Below, piece after piece: positions 40,201 to 51,723 of a stretch of 64,000 nt of DNA. Made by a program: the position numbers and the translations under genes. Numbering within the stretch: the stretch's first letter is position 1; every line of letters starts with the position of its first letter. The stretch is from Antedon mediterranea (lineage: Eukaryota > Animalia > Echinodermata): assembly GCF_964355755.1 (NCBI RefSeq), contig NC_092680.1, forward strand, positions 1,240,001-1,304,000, in the 5' to 3' direction. The notes under the pieces were generated by a model, which worked only from the letters and a program-made list of their open reading frames with translations, was not told the DNA's origin and made no database searches.

Positions 40201-43200
40201 AAAATGGCAACACCATGACGGTTTGTGTGGGTAATATATCGTATGATGCTTGCGTATAACGAAAAGTAACTTGGCTCCATCAAAGGCCTAAACATATTGA
40301 AATAAAAATGACATACTGTACCTTGCTGTGTTCTATCCTTTGCTGAACCGTATTTCTATCGGTTGTTACTGGTTCCCTGTTTAGTCTAGCCATTTCATTC
40401 TCTGCTTGTTGAAGCCATGAGGTTAGTGTTGACAGAGAATTTTTAAAAACTCTGTGTTTTTCCTGAATTTTCTTCAGATTGTCATGCGTCTCCTCGCATG
40501 TTATCTGAAGCTGATTGAAATCTGCTATTAGTCTGTTCAGACGATCACGTATGTACATTGGATCAGACGGTTCAACGTACGATCGATTAAATTGGCGGGA
40601 AAGTGCAGTTTCACGGAAATCCTTCAAAATGTGTTTGTATTCCTAAAGAAATAAACTTACTTTTACAATAATTAAGTTGAGTTAAATATGTAAAAAACAG
40701 TTATGTTTATGTTTTAATTAATTAACCAGTGTACGTTATATACCATCAATATGTAGCACTTAACATGATATTGCGCGCGCGTACAAATGATGATTCTCAG
40801 CGTTTATACGCCGACGTGGACTGTACTTTTATTGACAATACATAAGTCTCTCATATACCAGTTCTGCCGCTTTAGTGACGTCATAGGGTGAGACTATAAT
40901 TAACACGATACGATTCATGATATTGATTACATTCGCCTACAAATATTAAATATCATTATATCTACCTTGCAACTAGCAATGTAATTTTCAGCAGCATCCT
41001 TAATATTATCCAGACGTTTTGTGTTTGTTTTAACGTCTGTTGTGATCGTGTCAAGATGTGCAAACAGTTTGTCAACATCTTTCTCTTGGTTTATGTTCCC
41101 TCCCAGCTCTCTAATATCTGATACAGCCTTCTCAAACCAAATGTCCAACGCTGACAGATCGTGTTCGACAGCTTTGAGTGAATCGAGGGCGCTAGTCAGA
41201 TGTTTTTCACGAACTCTAACTTGATTTTGAAGACGATCAAATAAATCTATCATCCGGGATATATAGTCATTAATTGCGTCAATCTGGTCACGACCAAGGG
41301 CAGCGTTGTGCATGTTAACGAACAGTTGCATACTGTCTTCGCAATCACGAATTGTTCTCTGATGGCCTTGTACATCTGTGTGCACATTCTGTTAAAAAGA
41401 CCAGCAATAATTATGTATGCCTGCTGTACTAACTATTAAAGTCTGTCTACACCATCAAACTAGTTTGAAAAAAAAGTGTGATTTGCCTAAATATGGTAGT
41501 GATATGCATAAATTAATATGGTAGTGATATGACATCATCACATCACCCATGTTGTCACATACAGTGTGATAGTATAGACAGAGCTTTAGGCAACAACAAC
41601 AATTATCGAACTAATAATCTATTATATTGACTAACCTTAACCTCTTGCAGTTGAGTTTCTAGAAGTTTAGATTGTTGAGCCTGTGGCTGCATAGATCCAA
41701 GTGTGTGTTCAACATTTGACATCCAACTCAGTAGTTCAACGGCGAGCGTGACTTCATCATGGTAGCTCTTTTCAAGAACCTTGGAAAATGTTATGAAAGA
41801 TAAATATTAGCTTATTCCGTAATGTTTTGTTTGTATATAATCCCCTACTTATCTAAATACACATAATGATTAAGAGAATGTACAACAATATGCCGATTGC
41901 CTCGAGATGATCTTAAATATTGTTTAAAGCGCTTTATAATACGAATCCATTTACATCCGGCTTTCTGATTTTAATGTACCTGTGAATAAATTTGTATTAT
42001 ATTCATCAGGATAATAAACATAATTATATACATAGTATAACCTTCAATTAAAGAAACACAATCAGACACAATGCTATGGTCAACTTACATCGTAATTACC
42101 ACGAGTTACCGTGAGATGTTTTTCAACTGATGCTTTAAAGTCTATCAACCACGCCCATTGTCCTTTCATCGCAGTTAAGTATTTCTGTAGAGGATGAAAA
42201 AACAGTTTTATAATACTGAACAAAATCATAATCCCATCACGTGTCCGACGCGCGTATTAAACCACCTGCTATTTTTTTAATGAAACATATATTTTTTAGA
42301 TTTATTGCCTATGAAATTATATATCCGAATTCGTAATGGATTATTGAATGCAAAGAACATGACATCTGGAGAAATAAAACTAGGATACCTTGATGCATTC
42401 TGAGCCTGGGTGATTTTGGCTGATCATTGTCTCTCCTCTTTGTATCACCTGGTTGAACTCGTCTCTATGTCTTTCTATTTCGCCAGCCAGACTCTAAACG
42501 AAAGATAATAATACGTTATGATAATGATCAACTACCCTATACTACTAAAGGTCTAGGTATAGTTGTTTTTGTTTGGTTCAATGAACGAACTAAATACAAA
42601 TATGAAAGTCTAGGCATATTAGTTGTTTTTGTTTGGTTTAAAGAATGAATAAAACACAAATTTAGATTGTTAATAACTAAGATGTTCTACCAAAATGTGA
42701 TCTTCCATCTCTTTGATAGTAGGATGAGTATTTTCCCATTGTGCTTCTATATCTCCAAGGCCATCAAGCCAGGACAACTCTCGAGTGGCGTCTTGTGAGA
42801 ACTCGAGCAAGACCTCGAGCAGATGAAGACGACGCAGCGCAGCGTCTAACAGTCTCTGGTACTCTGCCTCAAGCTTCTGGAGCGTGGCATTGTACTTTCT
42901 CAGTTCCTCTCCTGAATATTTGGTACGATCTCTTTGACACTGATCCAGGTTAGCTCTGTACTGCCGTATGTTCTCAAGTTCTAAAGATAGTTTATGATAC
43001 AGATCTCTAATACTGGAGACATCACTGCCATACGACATTTTGTTCACTGTTGACTATAGACATAAAGATATAAAATAAATGGAAAACAAACCATGTGCAG
43101 TAAACAATACTCTGCTGTCATTACACAACGATACAAATCACGTGACAAGTTTGAATTATGAACATTGCTGTGAAAAGTCGTGCTACAAACTGCAGCATTA

Positions 43201-46200
43201 TAGATAGAGGAATCAATAATAGTTTATTCATGTTCTGGTAAAATTTAAATCAGATATATTATACATTTTAACCAATAGCATCAACAAAGACGTTTTCTAA
43301 ACATACCATCATCTTCTGTATCCAAGTCAAGCATTCTGTCATAAAGATATAAATCTCATCTCTGACAACAATTCTTTCCTCTCTTTTTTCTTCTTTTTTC
43401 TTTGATATACTCATTCCTTCCCCATGGGTCTTGATCATCGTGGAGTCTTTCTCTGATCTGCTTCTAATCTCAAATGTGCTGAGAATAGCGCAGCGTTTTT
43501 GAAGCTCTTCAATTCTATGATATTTGTAAAAAGTTTTTTTTTATAAGAAATTTAAAAAAAATATAAATATATAGGTTTGTACATTAAAACATATTTTGGA
43601 ATATCACTACCATAGGCACATCACACCTTTTTTGTCAAACTAGTTTGATAAGAAAAGAAGCGAATCAAATGTACTAACGTATTATCTTACATTACCATTA
43701 ATTAATTACTAAGTAAAGAATCTATTTACTAATTGTTATCCAACAAATCTTGGTTATAAATTACCTTTCCTGAAGTCTCTCCCAACCTTGATACCCATCT
43801 TCGTGAAGCTGATGAACGTTTGTATACAGCGTGTGTATATTCTTGTCACATGTCTACAAATTAGTATAAAAATAATACACATTGTAATCAAACTAATTCC
43901 AATAGTTTCACGATTAGAACAACGTGAGGTGATCTTTCCCCAATTTGAATGAACATTTTAGAGGACAATGTATTTTCATTCAAATTTCTTTAAAGAAACA
44001 TTAAAATAATTTACCTTTAAGTTTGTCTCTATAATGAATATCAATCTGTTCACCTCTGCGCTCTTCAGTTTAGAGGCTTTGCCGTCGACATCTTTGATCT
44101 GTGATTCAATATTGTCCAAATCGCGAGTAACAGATTCGATTTGGTCACGCACTTTTTCTCCACGAACAACCAGATTCTCCGCTCTATTAACAACGTGCAG
44201 AAGTTAAATGATATTCTTTTTAAACAAAATATCTACCATTTGTCTCTCATAAAATAAGTTCACATTTGCAATAGCTGTCTACAAACTGTGAGGAACTATT
44301 AAACAGCTAAGAACGTGTTTTATCTCTCGAACTTAACCTTAAAACACAACCAAAGAAAGCAGACAAGAAACATAGGTGCTATTACTGTGACGAAATACCG
44401 GTACTCTATCTAAAAATGTGCTATAGGTACTCTATCTAACAAGCACGAATATGTGATACTCGGGGTACAGCAAAAAAAGCTGTAATGATGTCATAAGACC
44501 GGATGTGACGTCACATACACATCAATATTGGGTGGTTGATGATGGAACTCAGAAGATTACTATTACCTTGTTAGTCCTGAATGTACGGTACTTGCATGGC
44601 TATATTCGCTTATAGTATCCTCTCTGTCGTCAATGTGTCCATGTCGCACCGTCTCTGTGACTATGACGGATGTATTGGTTGCGGCGGCAGAACTCGTCGT
44701 AGCCTCATGACTAGAAGGCTGAAAAAAGATCAAGATAATAGAGTTACTTATTATAGTTACGTAGTTCAATCAAAAACTAAGCATTAAGTGCAATTTTTTT
44801 ACCGGTGTTTTTTACTGAATTTCCCTTCCTCCACTTTTGGAAAATGTTTGCTCATAACTATGATACTAAATTGTATTAGGCCTACTTTCAACTAAACATA
44901 GAAAAGCATACATAACAAAATTAGAAAAAAATAAAAAGACTTATTTAAGAATTTCGAATGTGATCATATTTATTCTTTATTAATTAATTGTAACATTTTA
45001 TGATTTAATAGAATTATTTTTTAAACGGAATGAAGTGTACTTAACAAAAATTGAAATAAGACGTTCAAAACGTGTGAAAACATACTTGATTTTAAATGAC
45101 GATTTTTAAATTCAAACACGAATTGAACTCGTCTCCAGGACAAACGTATTATACAACGAACATGCATGTTGAAATACATGCGCGGTTCAAATGCCAATTA
45201 TTATGAAAATGAATGTATTCCGGAATGTATTAGGAATCATATTAGTAATAATTAAGCAAATTTCTAAATAATTCGGATCATCGGTCATTACTACTACAGT
45301 ACTTAAATCCCGTCACACCTTCTTGTTTGACATACATATTTCGAAGGTCATTGATTTCACTAAATGAATGAATAAATAAATAACCATACAATTAGGTATT
45401 AAATATGTCCAATCAGCCGAAAAAGTCAACTTAAGATGACGGAATTCAGTTTCACACCTCTTCAATCAAATAACAATATAAGGCGCACGGCTCTGTTGAT
45501 CATTTGTATGAATTATATTTGCTCAATTCTATCTATGAAAAGTCATATTTACACATTTACTTTTATTATCTTTTCACACTTTGTTGTACTTTCTGTATGT
45601 AAGGTTCCCCTTGACAGTGATTCGGTTCTTTTTTTTAATAGCGTTTTGTCGTTTATATATTTTTCGTAATGAAGAATAATATAATTTACAAACAATTTTC
45701 CGTAGTATATTAAAATCTTGAATTGTAATCATTTGGGAGCCATTGATGTAAACTTAAAAAGGCGAGTAGAGGACAAAACTTCACCAGCGATATTTAGATG
45801 TTATCTGTATTTTCCTACAAAAAAAGGCCTGTTTTTGTTTTTGTATATTTAGCTTTAATAAATTCAAATATTTGTAATATTTATTTAACCAGCAGTGCGT
45901 TTAACCTTGAAATATAACAATAATTATTACAAAGTTTAGTGGAAACATTAAACATACTGTTGATCTTTTGTATTGTTAAAACAGATTGTGATTTTATCAT
46001 ACCTAATCTTTTCACAACTGAAGCTCGTGTTTGTCACAAACTTGTTAAAATCGAAACTGAATCCAATTGAATGGAGTAAATAACTCAGTGGGTTTTTCCA
46101 AAGCCACGGGGTGTGACTTTTGACTATAGACACGAGATCAACAATGAAAACCACAGTTATCGTGAATATTTTAGTAAATATACTATTCATGCACAAGTAT

Positions 46201-49200
46201 TGAGTTAATTCAAGAACGTGTGAAACGTATACGAATGAATAGGTACGTATTTGGTAAAGCATTTTAGTGCCCTAGAAAAAAATTCCTTCGGTTTACGCAA
46301 ATTGTGACTTTAAAACGGTCGGATTATTATGTTTTTCTTTCAGTGTTGTTGCTTGTATAACCCATTTCGACTTGGTTATATTATAATCTACTTGAAATAA
46401 ACCATACTTAACCGTACCTCAAAGTAATAGTCGTTTTGATAATTAAATAGGCCCTAATATTGTTTTGTGCTGTATGCCTACCATAAGTTTATATACTTTA
46501 AGTTAGATAAACGAATCGCTGCATGTGCAATGCCATGAAAGGTATTGGATAAAGACACAGCAGCCGTGACCCTTACATTATTCGTGAAAACAATACAGAT
46601 AAATGCTGCCCATGCCATTATAGTCAAAGTATTCAGCACTTGAAATCTGCGTAAGAGGCGACAACTTAATTATTCGATAATATGATAACTGGCCATAACA
46701 TCAGAGTTTCATATTTTAAAAAAAACATAGACACACAACTGCAAACCTTTTGTTACTAAAAAGAATGAATACTTTCTCAATAATTGCAGTAAAAACGCAA
46801 CGGTTATATTCGTCTTTTTCTAGCAATCGTAACATTTGTAATTAAAGCAGTTTCACCTCACAAATTAAAGGGGTAGGTTGTCAGCACCGTAGATGCTGAT
46901 GACCGGTCGTGGGCGACCAATGTTTTTTTACATAACTGTTGTTGTTTTATGCTGTATGTATATGTAGATGTATTTAAATAATAGTCACCAAACTGACAAG
47001 ACACTCGTTTCTTTGTTGGTGTACTGTTGGGTGATGTTGTAAAATTGTAAATTGTAAAAATTGTAAATTGTGAATAAATTCTTAAGGTATAAAATTGTTT
47101 ATCATTTAAACTAAGCATGGACTAAAGAATAGTCAATGAATTAATTAAGCATTCAGTAAAACAACAGGGACAAAGAGAGACTTACCGATACCTCTGATAC
47201 ATGTATCCGTTCAAGTGTTTGTGATTTGCTCTTTTTGGATTTCTTTTTATCTACAAGACAACGAAAGATCACAATGTGTTTGTGTGCATACAAAACAGTT
47301 TACATAATTGTTGTAATATTTCTGATAATCTGGACATAATATACAAGAGGGACCGCTGGACATAATTCGAGAGGGGCTGCTGGACATAAGATACGTGTAA
47401 AGGGAATTAATTCTTATTAGGCTGCCATGTCCAATCAATATTCCTGGAGTTAGGAATTCCGGCAGTAGAGCCTACATTAACCTCGCCTTCATGATCAGTT
47501 GCCAGTATTGTATAGCTAGACTATAGAGTAACTGTAACTAGCCGGCTTTTCATTGATCATTGTCTTCATTGCGTTTTTCTAGTGTTTACTTCTTCCTGCC
47601 TTGGATTAACCCACGATATTATCAACAATATTTTACAAAGTTTAGAATATTATGACTTTAGGGTGCAATTGAACTACACACCAGGGTTCAGTGTTTCACA
47701 AAAGCATAAACTACAATACAAGTCCAAACAGGACGCACAGAGCGCCTGGGAAAAGTCAAGGCCATCATTGATAACTTGAAAGTTAGGATTAGGCACTAGA
47801 GTGATCAAACTTTTCTCTGATCTCAATCCTCCCACTGATTAGCCTGTAATGATAGCTACACTATCTCATACCTCATTGTTATCTATTGTTAATACAATAG
47901 AGGAAACTAAGGCGAAATAAATATACTAATATACTTTAGCCCTTGCACTAATATTAACTAGCCCTTGCACTGATGAAGTGCTAGTGTTGCCCGAAAGCTC
48001 TGTTAATTTTTCTGGCTGTTTTACTTTATCGTTTTGATTTAGCTTTTTGCTTATGTTATTTTGTATCTCCGTTGAGATCCAGCCACTGATACCCACAGCA
48101 TTGTCATTTTGTATCTCCGTTGAGATCCAGCCACTGATACCCACAGCATTGTCATTTTGTATCTCCGTTGAGATCCAGCCACTGATACCCACAGCATTGT
48201 CATTTTGTATCTCCGTTGAGATCCAGCCACTGATACCCACAGCATTGGCATTTTGTATCTCCATTGAGATCCAGCCACTGATACCCACAGCATTGTCATT
48301 TTGTATCTCCATTGAGATCCAGCCACTAATACCCACAGCATTGTCATTTTGTATCTCCATTGAGATCCAGCCACTGATACCCACATCATTGTCATTTTGT
48401 ATCTCCATTGAGATCCAGCCACTGATACCCACAGCATTGTCATTTTGTATCTCCATTGAGATCCAGCCACTGATACCCACAGCATTGTCATTTTGTATCT
48501 CCATTGAGATCCAGCCACTGATACCCACAGCATTGTCATTATTTTCAGTAATTTGCCTTTGGATTAATATAATTTACTTATATATATAAAGCTCAGTTTA
48601 CACTATCAAACTAGTTTGACAAAAAAGTGGTATTGATAATAATATGGTAGTGATATTGCCAAATATGGTAGTGATATGACATCATCATGTCCAAATATGG
48701 GTACATCACATTTCTTTTGGTCACATAAGGTTTGATAGTGTAGACAGAGCTTAAAAGCCTTCAATTATATTAAGTCTATATTTAATGATGTTAATACTGA
48801 ACCACCACATGAGAGAACATGCAGAAAACGTCATATGAACTGTAAGTTCCGTTTGCACACATACTTATATACAAACAAGTTGACAATGAAAGAAAGACTT
48901 AAACGTACAGTATAGAATACATTCATTGTATTCTAATGAAACCAACGCCGCATAGGGTATGCAATGTGAATATTTTCTAGTAAATCCACAAGCCTTGTTG
49001 TGTAAAAAACATTATAAGAATAATAATAATAATATGTTAAATGGTCTCTGAAATTACTCTATCTATGCGACATTATAGCGCTATTTCGTAAAAATCCATG
49101 CTGAAATAATGGAATCACTCAAAAAATGTATATAATAATATGTCGACATGGGTCATCAATATACAACACAAGCCTTTTTTAAAGGAACATGGGAAAAATG

Positions 49201-49492
49201 AAACCAAATACATTATACCAAAACTGATCCACGATTATGGTATGCTACATCCATGCATCTGAGGCTTTTTAAACTAATCCACGTATAGGCCCATGTTGGG
49301 CCTATACTTATTTCAAATGGTCTACAATTGGTGTTACATTAGAATACATGTTGTTGACTATACTTTATACGACGCTGATTTATTTATTTTTTATTATGCA
49401 ACTGTGGTAAATTACAGATACTTTATAGACCTACCTTTTGGAAGTCGAAATCCAAATTTCAGAGATTGGGTCTTCTTTTCTTTTGACGACAT
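16254..49492 (-). CDS. MACF1/DST-like: Spectraplakin-related (MACF1/dystonin-like) giant spectrin-repeat protein, about 66 exons, roughly 4,800 aa (hand estimate)
   Basis: Continuous chain of minus-strand GT-AG exons. The first exons 49492-49435 (MSSKEKKTQSLKFGFRLPK), 47250-47186, 44718-44567 and 44183 onward are phase-compatible. Plakin-domain motifs at about 43050-42090 (YGSDV, LEAEYQRLL, ATRELSWL, NHPGS, MKGQWAWL). Dozens of spectrin repeats (LL.W/F..WL). MACF1/DST-like segment [29 protein letters not shown].PS...VIKA.LQEQ at about 17000-16861. Stop at 16254. The ATG position is less certain than the gene body. Confidence 0.88.
20293..20391. repeat. GATACCAGATATC / (TATATC)n compound tandem repeat
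   Basis: Three 13-bp units followed by TATATC-containing variants. Confidence 0.85.
20974..21065. mobile_element. Palindromic fold-back element (MITE-like) in an intron
   Basis: Perfect 26-bp arms GGAGCAAACGTCACGACGCGTACGTA (20986-21011) / 21028-21053, with imperfect outward extension. Confidence 0.75.
31810..31995. mobile_element. MITE family A copy (right end decayed)
   Basis: AGCGTGGTTCCCACTAGAA...; the interior is the reverse complement of the 11041 copy. Confidence 0.75.
34311..34517. mobile_element. MITE family A copy
   Basis: AGCGTGGTTCCCACTAG...CTAGTGGAAACCAAGCT. Confidence 0.82.
35444..35654. mobile_element. MITE family A copy
   Basis: AGCGTGGTTCCCACTAG...CTAGTGGGAACCAAGCT. Confidence 0.85.
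37443..37576. mobile_element. MITE family B copy (degenerate)
   Basis: Right end TTTGTCACATAAAGTTTGATAGTGTGGACAGAGCT matches 60698-60846. Confidence 0.65.
41440..41586. mobile_element. MITE family B copy
   Basis: TCTGTCTACACCATCAAACTAGTTTG...GATAGTATAGACAGAGCT with internal AATATGGTAGTGATATG repeats. Further partial copies lie at about 9073-9135 and 43590-43650. Confidence 0.7.
48059..48540. repeat. 48-bp minisatellite, 10 copies, intronic
   Basis: Unit TTTTGTATCTCC[G/A]TTGAGATCCAGCCACTGATACCCACAGCATTGTCA; the overlapping ORFs show a 16-aa period. Confidence 0.97.
48590..48751. mobile_element. MITE family B copy with TAA TSD (PIF/Harbinger-like)
   Basis: TAA|AGCTCAGTTTACACTATCAAAC...GTTTGATAGTGTAGACAGAGCT|TAA. 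Confidence 0.8.
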
Positions 49493-50639
49493 CCTAACTT
49501 GGACCTATATCACTGTCCCTACAGTGACATGTGGGCCAGTTGACAACACTCCTATGTCAGGCCCTTATCACGTATTACCCTTTTTCTCAACCTTATTCCT
49601 CAGTGAAGAGTGCCCGAGTATTAGTGTTTAATTATCTATAGTCCGTCACGGATGGGATCCGACTTCACTTGTAGAAGTGGGTAGGGCTTTTTAGCATAAG
49701 AATAACAATCGTCATGCTGTACACTTCAGTACAATGGGTTTTTTAAGTTAAAGGAATTTTGTCAGAGACACATTTTCTTTGGTTGTCCATGAACTAATCT
49801 TAGCTTTAAATGATCTGATTCACTTTGTGGTAAAGGTTAGACAATGGAAGGTGTGATAATGGACAGGCATGCTTTCGGCTCAAACGACACCCACCATATA
49901 ACCAGAAGAGTTAGATTAACTATCCGATCCCCGCATAACCACTTTAATGACTGTAATTGGGAGGGATTTTGAAATAGGGAGAGAGTGGTGGGGGGGGGGG
50001 GGGGATAAAAATTGAACATTTTAAGTGCCGAACTGAATTAAATAGTTTCCTATCTTTTGCACCGACTGCCCCGCCCCCTTGAATCCGCTTATAACCAGAA
50101 GAGAATAATAACTATCCGATCCGCATACCCATTTTAATGACTGTAATTGCGCCACAATATATCTTTGTTTGGGAATCATTTGTACATGTCATTTGTAGTA
50201 TGACTTTTTCGGACTACTTGAATTAATGAACCGAAAGCATCTGATATCACCAATAGAATTGTTTCATTCATTCAACTAAAATACCTTCAAACAAGTTCAG
50301 ATACAAGCATTTTGTCTAATAAACAAGTTATAGTTTTAGTAAAATCCAGAATGATTATAGCTTAAAGATATAATTGTTCCCAAAAAAATATGAACAATTA
50401 ACTTTGAATAAGCTTTCACTGTTTCAATAACATTCTCAAAAGAAAAAAAAAACTTTTAAAAAAGTATTCACTTTTGACAATTCCAGTCAATTTGACTATA
50501 TTTTGCTTTAAATTATAGTAGTTTAGTATAAATAATATATAACAAAAACATTTTTTTTACAAAATTATTTTGTCAGGTAATCGATCAATCTTTAAAAAAA
50601 AAATATGAACAACCCCCCTCTCTCTCGGAAATATCATTT

Positions 50640-50841
50640 GGAACCAGTCATGCATGAATAAACGACGTAAACACAGGCTGGTGCCGCGACCGAGAGCTAG
50701 CAGCAAAGCAGCAGCAGTGGACATGCAGCGGCGGAGCACAGACTAGAGAGACGGGCTTACCTCTCCTAGCTACCTCTAGTCTTAAAAAACACTTCTATTC
50801 ATTAAAAGAAGGAGGACGAGAGGCATGGAAAACGATGGACG
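50640..50841 (+). promoter_or_regulatory. GC-enriched island; probable promoter/first non-coding exon of the SLC2A gene
   Basis: Local GC/CpG enrichment between the divergent genes, ending in the donor GACG|GTAGGT at 50841/50842. The downstream acceptor is at 53129. Confidence 0.5.
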
Positions 50842-51399
50842 GTAGGTTTTGATACTAGATATTCTGAATAAATAATTGATTTGAGTACAAAAGTAGAATA
50901 GAGAGCACTAGGATCTAGGCTAGCTACAGTGAGTTAGTAAAGTAAACCTACTACTAGCTAGGCCTACTACTACTACTAGTACTACTAACTAGGCTAGGCC
51001 TACTTGCTGGTCCTCTCTCTAGCCTAGCTAGCTAGTGTAGGTTGGCCTAGTACAGTAGGCCTGGCTAGGCCCCCTAACTTCACTGGCTACTCATCTGGCC
51101 TACTAGCTACCTAGCTAGCCTAGACAAGGTGTACAGTAGTCCATATATACTATAGTGAGGATGGGGAAATAATTGGCTGGATGTAAATAAAAATGTATAT
51201 TTTTCCATCACAATTCCAACATTCAATCCAGAGAAATGACATAACTTGGTATTTCTATTAGGATTTGAAAGAAATTATTTTAGATGACAACAAAATATTA
51301 TAACAAAATATATTTATAGAAAGTAAACATTCTTAAGAAATTACTAAAATTCCATTATTATATTAATTAATATTATATTATTATTAGGTAAATGTGTAA

Positions 51400-51723
51400 T
51401 GCACGTGTCAATTGTATGACCCACTATACGACCCCCGGGAGAGGTGCGTCATGGGTGCGTCATTTACAAATAATTACTGACGCGCGCAGGGGTGCGTCAA
51501 AAAACCTAGATGGTACGTCACATCAATGAACAAGGTGTGTCAATGTCCGTCACTTTACCACCCACCATATCATAAACAACATGGTCACAGTGCGTCAAAA
51601 TGGGTGCGTCATGGTCACCTAAAGGTAAGTCACCTTCATGGTTTTCAAAAGTATGACGCACATCGGACAAATGACGCACCTCTCCCGGGGGTCGTATAGT
51701 GGGTCATACAATTGACAAGTGCA
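51400..51723. mobile_element. MITE with 53-bp TIRs and TAA TSD (PIF/Harbinger-like)
   Basis: TAA|TGCACGTGTCAATTGTATGACCCACTATACGACCCCCGGGAGAGGTGCGTCAT...ATGACGCACCTCTCCCGGGGGTCGTATAGTGGGTCATACAATTGACAAGTGCA|TAA, with one mismatch between arms. Confidence 0.88.

Noticed and set aside
16254-44769. Many separate short minus-strand ORFs read as independent genes, plus plus-strand shadow ORFs
   Set aside because: They are phase-compatible exons of one gene; the antisense ORFs mirror its codon structure.
47926-48589. ORFs of 162-200 aa over the 48-bp repeat
   Set aside because: Explained by the minisatellite period; no supporting splice sites or domain similarity.
16254-49492. Nesprin, dystrophin or spectrin identity for the giant gene
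   Set aside because: No KASH/TM tail, WW/ZZ or PH domain is visible; plakin-domain motifs and the CGKFQDA...QEQ segment point to MACF1/dystonin.
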